From: a virus
Virus record (IMG/VR): IMGVR_UViG_3300032516_000007
Span: 1-64,000 of that record
Strand: one strand, 5' to 3'
Length of the DNA stretch: 64,000 nucleotides
The notes below the pieces were generated by a model. It was not told where the DNA came from, did no database searches, and worked only from the letters and a program-made list of their open reading frames with translations. This document shows, piece by piece, positions 45,104 through 54,574 of this stretch. A program made the position numbers and the translations under genes. Numbering within the stretch: position 1 is the stretch's first letter; each line of letters starts with the position of its first letter.

Positions 45104-47052
45104 TGCCCGGTGTTGACTATTCTGCAATTCAGAAGTCCATCGCAGACAGCACTCGTCTTGAGGACATCTATTCTGATGCCCAGCAGCTCAAGGCGATGAC
45201 CTCTCATGTTCCTGTGGTTACCAAGCAAGATCCAGAAGCTCTCCAGAAGGCGTGGCGCACCATGTCTATGGAGAAGCCTGTAAAGGGTCCTAAGTCTGTC
45301 TTCTTTGATCCTTTATCTCTTCAGTATGCGATGGGGTACAAGGATCGTCGATATTCCTTGACCTATGATACGTTGAAAAGAATCGTCAACCAGCTCAGCA
45401 TTGTGGCTGCGATTGTTAACACACGTATCGCTCAAATTGCTGCCTTTGCAATGCCTTATAGAACTACCAAGTCTCTTGGCTTCATGGTTAAGCACAAGAG
45501 TCCAGAGCACATGACCACTCAGAGTGAGCGACGTTTCATTCAGATGCTTGAAGCGTTTGTCTCAAGTTGTGGTGAGCCTGGGCGGCGAAATCCGTACAGT
45601 AGGTTTGATCGAGACGACTTCGAGGCGTTTTTGAAGAAGATCGTCAGGGATACGATGACCTATGACCAGATCGGAATTGAGATTGTTCCCAGGAACAATA
45701 CCATTCCCTTTGAGTTTCTGGCAGTGGATGGTTCTACACTTCGTCTGGCATCGGCTGACCGATTTCCTGGAAGCGGGAGTGAGTACAGTTACCATGCTCG
45801 AAATGTGGTGGGAGGTTTTACACCTTATCGTTTCCAAGGACTCTACACGGGATCCTATGGCTTAAACAATCCGCGACAAACTGATCCCGAGTCCATTCAG
45901 TATGTGCAGGTTGTCAATGGTCAGATCGAGAATGTTTACACTCGAGATGAGTTGGCTTTTGGCGTTCGGAATCCTCGAACAGATATCTACATTCAGGGAT
46001 ATGGTTTCGGAGAGATTGAGCAGCTCATTACCATCATCACTTCTCTTCTTTATGCCGAGGAGTACAACAAAAGATATTTCACCCAGGGATCCCATCCTAA
46101 GGGAGTTCTCAACTTTAAGGGAGATAACTGGACTCCAGACCAGCTCGAAGCATTCAAGCGTCAATGGATTGCTCAAGTAGCTGGAACAGAGAACAGTTGG
46201 AAGACTCCTATCACTCAGTCAGAGGGGATTGAGTGGATCAACCTCCAGATGTCCAACAAAGAGATGGAGTTTGGACGTTGGATTGAATACTTGATCAAGA
46301 TCGTTTGTGGTGTGTTTCTCATTGATCCCGCTGAGATCAACTTTGACCTTCATGGTGGTGTTCAACAGACACCCCTTTTCGAATCAAGTCAGGAATGGAA
46401 GCTCAAGGCTTCTCGGGATCGAGGGCTCAAGCCTCTTCTTCGCTTCATTGCCAAACTGATCAATACTCATATCATCGACAAGATCGATGACCACTTTGTT
46501 TTTGAGTTTGTGGGTCTGGATGAGCTTTCAGAGCAAGAGAAGCATGAGATGCTCAAGGAGCAGACCGCAAGCTACATGACTCTCAATGAGGGACGACGGT
46601 CGCTGGATCTTCCTGATCTTCCCTACGGGGATGTTCCGATGAATCAAGCTTACCTCCAGGTTCTTCAGTTGAAGATGCAGGAGAATCAGCAGGCAGAACA
46701 GAAGGAGCAGCAGGAACAGCAGATGGCAGCCCAGCAGCAACAGGCAGCGGCTCAACAACCTGGCCAACCACCCTCGGGTCAAGAGGGAGCCCCACCTCAA
46801 GGCCCTGTGGGAGCCCCACCTCAAGGCCCTGTGGGAGCCTCACCTCAAGGAGTTCCTGGGGTGAATCCTGGTGGTCCTGAGGCTGCTGCTGGTGTTGGGG
46901 CGGTTCCAGAACCAACGGGAGAGCCCACACCAGAGGAAGCTGCTGCTGTGAATCCTCCTCCTCAGTACGCTGCCAATTTTGGCAAGTCAATGAAGGGTAG
47001 TAGGGAGATTGTTATTACCCTTGATCATTGGAAAGACATGAAGCGAGGCTAA
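45100..47052 (+). CDS. Portal protein
   Basis: YGFGEIE, NKRYFTQG..PKGVL, FKRQW, MEFGRWIEYL, IDPAEINF, GLKPLL; resembles SPO1/Twort-type portals. Confidence 0.88.
   Translation: MMPGVDYSAIQKSIADSTRLEDIYSDAQQLKAMTSHVPVVTKQDPEALQKAWRTMSMEKPVKGPKSVFFDPLSLQYAMGYKDRRYSLTYDTLKRIVNQLSIVAAIVNTRIAQIAAFAMPYRTTKSLGFMVKHKSPEHMTTQSERRFIQMLEAFVSSCGEPGRRNPYSRFDRDDFEAFLKKIVRDTMTYDQIGIEIVPRNNTIPFEFLAVDGSTLRLASADRFPGSGSEYSYHARNVVGGFTPYRFQGLYTGSYGLNNPRQTDPESIQYVQVVNGQIENVYTRDELAFGVRNPRTDIYIQGYGFGEIEQLITIITSLLYAEEYNKRYFTQGSHPKGVLNFKGDNWTPDQLEAFKRQWIAQVAGTENSWKTPITQSEGIEWINLQMSNKEMEFGRWIEYLIKIVCGVFLIDPAEINFDLHGGVQQTPLFESSQEWKLKASRDRGLKPLLRFIAKLINTHIIDKIDDHFVFEFVGLDELSEQEKHEMLKEQTASYMTLNEGRRSLDLPDLPYGDVPMNQAYLQVLQLKMQENQQAEQKEQQEQQMAAQQQQAAAQQPGQPPSGQEGAPPQGPVGAPPQGPVGASPQGVPGVNPGGPEAAAGVGAVPEPTGEPTPEEAAAVNPPPQYAANFGKSMKGSREIVITLDHWKDMKRG
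46786..46850 (+). repeat. 24-bp coding tandem repeat (GAPPQGPV) in portal tail
   Basis: GGAGCCCCACCTCAAGGCCCTGTG, about 2.7 copies. Confidence 0.85.
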
Positions 47053-47054
47053 CT

Positions 47055-49388
47055 GTGTTGAAGAAATCCATAGATAAGAAGTCTACGATGTTTGAGTTTG
47101 GTTCCAAAGACCAGCAGGAAGCTGAGCTGAAGAAACCTCGTGATCTTCCTCTTCTGATCAGCAAGGAACGTCTCCCCAAAAAGACAATTCCAGAACCACG
47201 ACTCTCAAAGGAGACGTGGGCCGAGGCCAAGCATCAGTCAGACACAGAAAAGGCAATGGAGGAGTTGGCTCAAAGGGCCAGGATGAAGAAGCCTTCGGAA
47301 CATGCTCTTCGGGTGAGGTCTGAGCGAAAAGCACGTCTTGCTGAACCTTCACAGCGTACTGTCAAAGTTCATCTTGGGAAGACAACGCGCTCCCCAAAAG
47401 CAAAGATCGAGAAGGCTGGGAAAGAGAAGCATTACGGGACCCATTATGGAACAAAGGACCCTAAAGGATCGACAAAGCGAATTGCTGAGTATAAGACAAA
47501 GGGCGGAAAGATCAAGTCACCTCCTGACAGCCCAAAGGGTCGTGAGGAGATGGCTTCAGAGATGATTGCTCACCACCAACATCATCTTGGTCGTCATCCA
47601 GGCGGGAGGGCTCAGGCTATTGCCATTGGGCTTAATCAAGCTGGGATGAGTCAAGATCAGACGAGGAAAGCCATGGGAAACGCATTCATTCAAGAGTCTG
47701 CTGAAGCTCGGCTTGGGGAGATGTTTGGTGTTGAGCTGGATCTGAGTCCTGTTGATCTGATGAAGTCCATGACGCTTGCAAGCGAAGCAGATGTCATCGA
47801 ATCGCTGCGGGGGATTGGGAAGGCGATAGGGGATGGCAACACAGTGAAGGCTTACGTTGACTTCAAGAATCTGACTCAGAAGATTGCTACACGGGGAGGT
47901 GTGGACAACCCGACTGCGGTGGCAACCACCCTCTTGAAGAAAGGAAATCCCGGTGGCATGTCTGGCTATGAGAAGGGTGTGGCCATGTACGGAACCGATG
48001 GGATGAAGAAGATGGCTCAGGGTCATCTCACTTCTGAAGAGATGAAGACCCAGAAGGCGTATCCTCTTGGCGAGGGTCCCAAAAAGGTAGGTGGATCAGA
48101 GTTGTGGCTTGATCCTATTAAATCGAAAAAAGAAAGTGGGGATAAGAAGATCGATCTTGGTACAGCTCCACCACATCTTGGGAAGTACACAGAAGCATCT
48201 CGAGCAGAGAAGGCTATGGGGAAGCAAGAAGAAGAGGAGTTCGTTCCCAAGGACAAGCCCGACATCTCCAAGATGGGTCCTGGTCCGTCAGTCGGTGCTG
48301 GGATTGGTGGAGCTTCTGGGGGTCGTCCTTCTGTTGGAACTGGTCTTGGAAAGGGTGTGGGGGAGCAGAAGAAAGGATACAAAGGGGAGTGGAAAACCGA
48401 GGGTGGTGTCGATACTTTTAGTGGTGGGGAGAAAGACAAGCCCCTTGGTACTCTGCCCCATGAGCAGCCGGGTTTTAAGGCTCCCTCCCTGGGAGGATCA
48501 AAGCCTCCTCCCATGCCTCATGAGATCAAGGTTGGAACCTCTGGTGGGTTCAAAACGGGTCAAGGAGAGGGCGGCCCCCACATGATCACGTCGGCGAAAC
48601 CAGAAGTTCCAGCAATGCCCAAAGTCAAGGAACCATCGATGGAGCCTGGATCAACCCTTTCGTTGACCTCACTGAAGGAACCTGGGAGCAAGAGCGTGAA
48701 GAAAGCGATGCGTGAACTGATGGAGATGAGCAAGGGACATGGTGGGAAGGGTCCCGCCAAGACAGGTGGTGGTGAGTGGCATTGTCCCAATGCTGGGCCA
48801 GCCTATCGTGGTGTGATCGAGTGGGATGAGGAAGAGAATCAGGCTGGTTCTGGTCGGGCTCAGACGGGAGCTGGAACACCACATCCCCCCAACAGGGGAC
48901 CGGCGAAGACTGGTGCTGGTGAGACTCACCACCCAAATGCTGGGCCAGCACAGACCGGTGTTGGTGAGAGGCATTGGGAGGGTCGCGAGGTGAGCAAGGC
49001 CATGAAGGCTTCATCTGTCCCAAGACTGCCTCGTGGGATGGCCGCAAGCATGGACACCTGGAGATCAGCAACCAGCGTTCTGACACGGACCAATGCACTG
49101 CTGCGTCCTCAGATTGCTCTCATCCCCGATTCTCTGGCAGATGGGAGTGGGAGACCATCTACGCACACCGAGTTCTACAAGTCAGATCTGATGTCTTGTG
49201 AGAACTGTGGGAGAACATTTGCCAAGAGTCACGGTGAGTGTCCCACATGCATCATGAGTAAGGCTTTGACTTGCAAGTCTTGTGGTTCTGCCATGCACAA
49301 GGGTCGGGACGGTGATCTTCGTTGTTCAGCCTGTGGGCAGGGTACCATGAAGGCGTTGGATCAGAAGTCAGACGGATCAATCGGCTAG
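47055..49388 (+). CDS. Prohead-core/internal-like protein with KA/KS motifs, Gly-rich repeats and C-terminal Zn ribbons
   Basis: TEKAM, TRKAM, LMKSM, AEKAM, VKKAM, VSKAM; CENC, CPTC, CKSC, CSAC. Confidence 0.6.
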   Translation: MLKKSIDKKSTMFEFGSKDQQEAELKKPRDLPLLISKERLPKKTIPEPRLSKETWAEAKHQSDTEKAMEELAQRARMKKPSEHALRVRSERKARLAEPSQRTVKVHLGKTTRSPKAKIEKAGKEKHYGTHYGTKDPKGSTKRIAEYKTKGGKIKSPPDSPKGREEMASEMIAHHQHHLGRHPGGRAQAIAIGLNQAGMSQDQTRKAMGNAFIQESAEARLGEMFGVELDLSPVDLMKSMTLASEADVIESLRGIGKAIGDGNTVKAYVDFKNLTQKIATRGGVDNPTAVATTLLKKGNPGGMSGYEKGVAMYGTDGMKKMAQGHLTSEEMKTQKAYPLGEGPKKVGGSELWLDPIKSKKESGDKKIDLGTAPPHLGKYTEASRAEKAMGKQEEEEFVPKDKPDISKMGPGPSVGAGIGGASGGRPSVGTGLGKGVGEQKKGYKGEWKTEGGVDTFSGGEKDKPLGTLPHEQPGFKAPSLGGSKPPPMPHEIKVGTSGGFKTGQGEGGPHMITSAKPEVPAMPKVKEPSMEPGSTLSLTSLKEPGSKSVKKAMRELMEMSKGHGGKGPAKTGGGEWHCPNAGPAYRGVIEWDEEENQAGSGRAQTGAGTPHPPNRGPAKTGAGETHHPNAGPAQTGVGERHWEGREVSKAMKASSVPRLPRGMAASMDTWRSATSVLTRTNALLRPQIALIPDSLADGSGRPSTHTEFYKSDLMSCENCGRTFAKSHGECPTCIMSKALTCKSCGSAMHKGRDGDLRCSACGQGTMKALDQKSDGSIG

Positions 49389-49393
49389 CCATC

Positions 49394-51400
49394 ATGTTTC
49401 TCACGTCTGGACAACTATATGATCTGCTGAGCAAGGCCAAGAAGAAGGCCACTCAGACAGGTTCTCGTGGGGGACGTTACTACGTCAGCACTGAGGGCTC
49501 CAAGATCTACACTGGGGAGCCCTCAGTTCCTGCCCCCTCAACTCGACCTCTCCCAACGCTTCATCATTTCGTCTCCATGGCTCCTCACTCTTCTCAGAAG
49601 ACACAGAGCCCAGTGAGTGTTGAGGCAGAGGTTGAGGTCACGAAGTTGCCCATGCGCCAGCGGGTGGTTCCGGCTGAGCAAAGATTTAGACCAAAGGCTA
49701 AGATCACTACTTCGAGTCGTGCATCTGTTCAGGAGGCCATGAAGAGATGGCCTGCCTACGTTTGTCGATCTTGTCGAGCAGTGATTCTTCCAACTTTTGC
49801 AAAGGATACGAAGCGGAATCAGGTTGATAAGATCGAATCAGAGGTTGATGAGAAGGGGGTGCCTAAGTCATGGCACGTGGTGACAGAGGAAGAGGGGGTC
49901 AAGGAGCGTTATCGTGCCGCTTCGAAGGCTGAAGCCACCCAGCTATCAGAGGATCTCAGGCAGCACTTTAGGGGAGAAGAACCCTGGCAGAGAAGGGATG
50001 ATCTGATCGCTGTTCATCAGACCAAGATCGAGGGAGAACAAAAGCATTCCACGCTTCTAGAACCAGGAGTTGTCCAACCCGAGATGGTTGGTCAGAAGCT
50101 TTGTCCTGATTGCTTTGGGAAGCATGAGGTGATCTCTCGGGAAGTGACGGGTCGGACTAAGATCAAGCATACAGCAGAGACAAGGCGGGTTGCTCATCAG
50201 AAGGAGAAGGAGCAGAAGCAAAAGGAAAGATCAATTCAGATTGCCCTGAAGAAGTTCCCTGGGAAGCGTACACAAGCTGAGAAGCAACTTGTGGATGAGC
50301 ATGAGGCAATCCAACGGACTCGTCAGCGAGCGGAGGACGAGAAGCGGAAGAAGGAAGATAGTTGGGGAAAGAAGATGGCGGGGGAAGTCTGGATCGAAGG
50401 TCAGGAGCAGGCTGCTTTGATGAAGCTTCGTCATCAGTATTGTGACAAGCTGATCCGTGAGGGAAAGGATCGATCTGAGGCTGGCCGCGAGGCAGCCAAC
50501 CTCACGAATGAAGAGCTGAGCAAGTTTCAGCAAGAGCAGGTTCGGGCTCATGGAAAACGTCGTGAGGATACGATCAAGGAGGTCGAAGCTGAGAGTGGTA
50601 GCCGTCATGTGATTCCAGTGTTCTATGGTCATGAGATTGAAGAGCACATGGAGCGACGGAGACATGAAGCTCCAGGGGGTGAGGAGCGGGGGGTGTACAG
50701 AGAGACAGTTAACCCTGTTCAGGCCAAAATAGCTGAACTTCTTCGTACCGCTCGAATGAGGGAGCGGATAGAGGAGAAGGAATCCCCAAAGGGGAGGAAG
50801 AGGAAGATCAAGAAGGGGCTATGTCTCTTTCTGAACAAGAGCATCTATCAGAGTGCCAAATCCCCTGAGGAAGCTGCTCAGCATAGGCAGTGGGCCAAGG
50901 AAGACTTTAGTGCTCCTTCTCCAGAAATTGAGAAGCCCAGGGAGCCTAAGGTTGAGAAGCCCAAGGAGCCTGAGAGAGACATTCATATGGAGGCGGCTCA
51001 CCACCTCACCCATGTGTTTCATCACGTAGATCAAGCTCGTCACTTTCAGGGTCATGAATTATCTTTTCATAAGCACTGGGAAGCAGCTCGTCAGTTGATC
51101 AAGCAGGGTGCTGATCCAAAATCTGAGCATTTTGATAAGGTTGGTAGGCACTACTATGGTAAGTACGTGGGCCTGAGACTTCGGGGGACCCGCAGGCTAG
51201 CAAGTCATGGTGAGAGGTATCCGGGCCGCCTGCCACTCCCAGGGTCTGATGGCTCTGGGGGTCAGAGGTTGCTGGGTAGGCTATCCTCCATGGCTGATCA
51301 TCTGTACCACACACCATCAGCAGTGAGGAGACTGAGAAACCGAATTGCAAACTCTTCTGGTACTCCCAATTTCAGAAGAGAACGTGGTGCTTGGGAGTAG
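49394..51400 (+). CDS. Putative internal head protein
   Basis: N-terminal LLSKA then GSRGGRYY; CRSC/CPDC; LNKSI. Confidence 0.6.
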   Translation: MFLTSGQLYDLLSKAKKKATQTGSRGGRYYVSTEGSKIYTGEPSVPAPSTRPLPTLHHFVSMAPHSSQKTQSPVSVEAEVEVTKLPMRQRVVPAEQRFRPKAKITTSSRASVQEAMKRWPAYVCRSCRAVILPTFAKDTKRNQVDKIESEVDEKGVPKSWHVVTEEEGVKERYRAASKAEATQLSEDLRQHFRGEEPWQRRDDLIAVHQTKIEGEQKHSTLLEPGVVQPEMVGQKLCPDCFGKHEVISREVTGRTKIKHTAETRRVAHQKEKEQKQKERSIQIALKKFPGKRTQAEKQLVDEHEAIQRTRQRAEDEKRKKEDSWGKKMAGEVWIEGQEQAALMKLRHQYCDKLIREGKDRSEAGREAANLTNEELSKFQQEQVRAHGKRREDTIKEVEAESGSRHVIPVFYGHEIEEHMERRRHEAPGGEERGVYRETVNPVQAKIAELLRTARMRERIEEKESPKGRKRKIKKGLCLFLNKSIYQSAKSPEEAAQHRQWAKEDFSAPSPEIEKPREPKVEKPKEPERDIHMEAAHHLTHVFHHVDQARHFQGHELSFHKHWEAARQLIKQGADPKSEHFDKVGRHYYGKYVGLRLRGTRRLASHGERYPGRLPLPGSDGSGGQRLLGRLSSMADHLYHTPSAVRRLRNRIANSSGTPNFRRERGAWE

Positions 51401-51422
51401 ATAGAGAAGGAGTCTGATCAAC

Positions 51423-51893
51423 ATGGCAAACAATCCATACGCTGGTGCAGTTCCCCTCAATCTTCGTCCTGAGGAGACAAGTGAGGTGGTGGCCAAGTCC
51501 ACCAGTTATCGTCCTGGGGAGGTCCATCCGATGACCTATCGCCATCCTGCCCAGAATCCATCTTTGGGTCGAGAGGATGGGAACACTCCTCTTCGTCGCT
51601 ACCCAAATGGTCTGCTGGATGTGGGCTATGTGGCGAGCTTCATCATTGAAGTGATCCACAAAGCTGAGTTGGGTGGCAATCTGACCAACTTCGAGAAGGC
51701 ACTGCTGACCCTCATCCTGCCTGGTCATTTCCAGTTGATCGATGCTCAGATTGCTGCATCCTTCGCTCACCTGACTGATGAGGAGAAGCTTCTTCTGTCA
51801 GTCAAGGTCATGCGGCACTTCAATGAGGAGCTGAATTACAACGCTGGAGCGGGAGGCGGTAGTGTGCCCTTCCGTCATGTCACAAAAAGTTAG
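51423..51893 (+). CDS. Head-module protein
   Basis: AAGGAG RBS; VAKS, IHKA, ends VTKS. Confidence 0.6.
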   Translation: MANNPYAGAVPLNLRPEETSEVVAKSTSYRPGEVHPMTYRHPAQNPSLGREDGNTPLRRYPNGLLDVGYVASFIIEVIHKAELGGNLTNFEKALLTLILPGHFQLIDAQIAASFAHLTDEEKLLLSVKVMRHFNEELNYNAGAGGGSVPFRHVTKS

Positions 51894-52107
51894 GCTTCAG
51901 ATCCCTGACGATGTTCCTCTTGAGGAAGTCGTCAAGGCTCTAGAGTCTGCCGCACGGGGGCTTCGCCAGGAACAGGAGGCGAAGCCCCTGTCAGGTATTG
52001 AAGATCGGAATCCAGCATCCAAGCACATGATGGAGTTCATCGATAGTTCCTACTTGACCATGGTGGATAGCTTGGCAAAGGAGATTGGGAAGGTTCTAGA
52101 ATCATGA
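51877..52107 (+). CDS. Small head-module protein
   Basis: VVKAL. Confidence 0.55.
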   Translation: MSQKVRLQIPDDVPLEEVVKALESAARGLRQEQEAKPLSGIEDRNPASKHMMEFIDSSYLTMVDSLAKEIGKVLES

Positions 52108-52277
52108 TCAGGAAGTTGCCATTGCGTCCCATCATGAAGTCCAAGCTCACCTCTGATGGTGAGCGGGTACTTCAGATTCTCCAGAGGGAATATCAGATGG
52201 AGCGTGAGGCGGCGGTTCGTTTGATGAGAGATGGCGGGGCCATGTTGGCCCTGGCTATTGTGACTCGGAGTCGATGA
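52104..52277 (+). CDS. 57-aa protein (not in ORF track)
   Basis: MIRKLPLRPIMKSKL...; ATGA overlaps at both ends. Confidence 0.55.
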   Translation: MIRKLPLRPIMKSKLTSDGERVLQILQREYQMEREAAVRLMRDGGAMLALAIVTRSR

Positions 52278-52999
52278 TGTTTCTTTTCGTAGCTATTCAC
52301 AAAAGTATCTATCCTGAGAGTTTGTTCATCAGGAAGGGAGAAGAGGAGGGAACTCTTAACCTGCGTGTTTCCAAACCTCAGAAGGTAGCCACACCCCCAA
52401 AGGTTAAGCAGCCTCGTGCTCCGACTGTGGGTGTTCCCTCTCAGGAAGTTCAGAAGCCATCAGCATCCCATCTGGAGAAGGTGTCAACGCCTCACCATCA
52501 GGCTGCCCAAGCTGAAGCTCTCATGAGGATGTCAACTCATGAGTACCAACGAACGGGACGTATGCAACATGCTTTGAAGGCACAGCGTTCCCAGGCGACT
52601 CTAGATCATTTTGCTTCCCAAGGTGTTGTACCAACACCCCAGCATCATGCTGATTGGGTTGATCACTATGGGGAGCATTCAGATAAATATGCAGGATCAA
52701 AAGTTCCTGTTATGTCCCGGTCCCGGTGGCACAAGATTTCTGGTGGGATTGAGTTTTCAGGACATGAACACGAACAGAAGCCAGCTTGGACAGAAGCTCA
52801 GCTACAGGCGGCTACTGCTCCTAAGCCTGAACCCCTACCCGCTTCTGATATTGGATTTGAGAGACCTGAGAAGGTATCTCGTCCGGAGGTTCAGGAAACC
52901 ATTGGGTACATGAAGAAGATTCACAGTTTCAAGAAGAGTCTCATCAATGCTTTGCTGTTAAAGGCATTGAACCTGAGAAGGAGCATTTTGAGTTATTGA
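52274..52999 (+). CDS. His-rich putative internal head protein
   Basis: IHKS and IRKG at N-terminus; FKKS and LLKA at C-terminus. Confidence 0.6.
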   Translation: MMFLFVAIHKSIYPESLFIRKGEEEGTLNLRVSKPQKVATPPKVKQPRAPTVGVPSQEVQKPSASHLEKVSTPHHQAAQAEALMRMSTHEYQRTGRMQHALKAQRSQATLDHFASQGVVPTPQHHADWVDHYGEHSDKYAGSKVPVMSRSRWHKISGGIEFSGHEHEQKPAWTEAQLQAATAPKPEPLPASDIGFERPEKVSRPEVQETIGYMKKIHSFKKSLINALLLKALNLRRSILSY

Positions 53000-53012
53000 A
53001 CAGGAGTGGAAC

Positions 53013-53648
53013 ATGAGACCCGACATGATTAGCCCCCGACGGCTTCGTCCTGCTAGTGACGGTTCACACAGTGAGCCCTTGTTTCGGATGACCAGGGAAG
53101 ATCCCCATCGAGTGCTCAAAGGGATTGTGATTCCCCAGACAGTGCGTGGTCAGGTCAATGGAGTGATGCCTGGGGCGTCGGCTCCCCCGAAACCTCAGCC
53201 CTCTCTGTGGGTGATGAGGAAAGCGGATCCATCTCAACAGGAGATGATCCCTGGGGGTCTGGCTTCTGGGAAGGCTGATACAGCTTTCGATCCTGAAGCT
53301 CTCAAGGTGGGGATGAAGGTTGAGCTGGAGCATTCAGGCAACGCCAAGCTGGCTCGGGAGATTGCCAAAGATCATCTGACCGAGGACCCTGATTACTACA
53401 AGAAGCTGGCCAAGATGGAAGCCAAGAAGGCTATGGGTGGGTTGGTGACGAAGTCCAAGGAAATGGAGGGCAAGAAGAGAAGTTGGATGCCCCCCACCGA
53501 GTACAGTCCCGAAGCCTATGGGAAGCCTCCTCATCCAGAGGGTCATGGGTTCATCAGTGGTGAGCCAATCGAGAAGATCAAGGAAAGGTTGGCAAAGTTG
53601 CAACCTCACCGTCCGAAGGGTACAGGGCAATTCAACCTCGACGATTAG
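53013..53648 (+). CDS. DUF5661-like domain head protein
   Basis: IPGGLA...GMKVELEH...AREIAKDHLTEDPDYYKKL, flanked by MRKA and KKAM. Confidence 0.7.
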   Translation: MRPDMISPRRLRPASDGSHSEPLFRMTREDPHRVLKGIVIPQTVRGQVNGVMPGASAPPKPQPSLWVMRKADPSQQEMIPGGLASGKADTAFDPEALKVGMKVELEHSGNAKLAREIAKDHLTEDPDYYKKLAKMEAKKAMGGLVTKSKEMEGKKRSWMPPTEYSPEAYGKPPHPEGHGFISGEPIEKIKERLAKLQPHRPKGTGQFNLDD

Positions 53649-53665
53649 GATGTTGGTTCTAGAAC

Positions 53666-54574
53666 ATGCCGATTCTGACGAGGCAGCAAGTTGAGAAGCT
53701 TGCTGAGATCATTGACCAGCACACCACCTGGTTCGTCTGGCGAGCTTTCGGTTCCCAGTACGTCAAGAAAGAAGATCTAGACAAGCTGAAGGCTAGTGGA
53801 CTCCTGCCTATGGATGTGCAGGTGTCCACGATCAAGAATGCCTACGTTTTGGGTCGGCTGGAATCTCTGCTCAAGGAAAACGATTTCAGGAAGTTGACCT
53901 GGGTTCAGCTCCAAGAGGCAGCCAAGGGTCGCTTTACCTCTGTTGACAAGTTCCAGATCGAAGCGGCTGAGATGAGTGCCTTTACGAAGTTTCGTGGATT
54001 GGCTGACGACATCAAGAGTCGTCTCTACGATCGTTTGGCTCAGGCGACGAACAGCACTGTGACTGAAGCTCATGTGCGAGGGACGATCAAGGACATTGTT
54101 AAGGTTGGGGTTGAACTCAGCCAATCCTTCCAGAAGGTGGCCAGAGAGTTGGTGGAGGAGCTGAAGGAACCAACTCGAAATTGGACTCGTGTGGCTGCCA
54201 CGGAGCTTCACACAGCGTGGCAACGGGGTGTGGTCAACACGATCATTCAGAAGGTAGATCTGTACGAGGATTCTGAGGGCATTGATAGCAACGTCTTTGT
54301 TGATCATGACGATGATGCCTGTGAGGACTGCAAGAGGATCTACAACGATCCCAAGACTGGTCATCCCAAGATCATGAAGTTGAGAGACCTTCTCGAGAAC
54401 GAGGGATCCAACTATCAACGGCCATGGCGTCAGAATGCTAAGCCGGTTGTCCCTCCTCTGCATCCCCACTGCTATGGGCGTGTGATCTATGTTCCCCCAG
54501 GTTGGGGGTTCAAGGATGATGGTACGTTCACTCTGATCGATCCCAAGGAAGCTTACCCGGAGCTGAACGAATGA
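53666..54574 (+). CDS. MuF-like head morphogenesis protein
   Basis: RNWTRVAATE, DACEDC, PPLHPHC. Confidence 0.8.
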   Translation: MPILTRQQVEKLAEIIDQHTTWFVWRAFGSQYVKKEDLDKLKASGLLPMDVQVSTIKNAYVLGRLESLLKENDFRKLTWVQLQEAAKGRFTSVDKFQIEAAEMSAFTKFRGLADDIKSRLYDRLAQATNSTVTEAHVRGTIKDIVKVGVELSQSFQKVARELVEELKEPTRNWTRVAATELHTAWQRGVVNTIIQKVDLYEDSEGIDSNVFVDHDDDACEDCKRIYNDPKTGHPKIMKLRDLLENEGSNYQRPWRQNAKPVVPPLHPHCYGRVIYVPPGWGFKDDGTFTLIDPKEAYPELNE

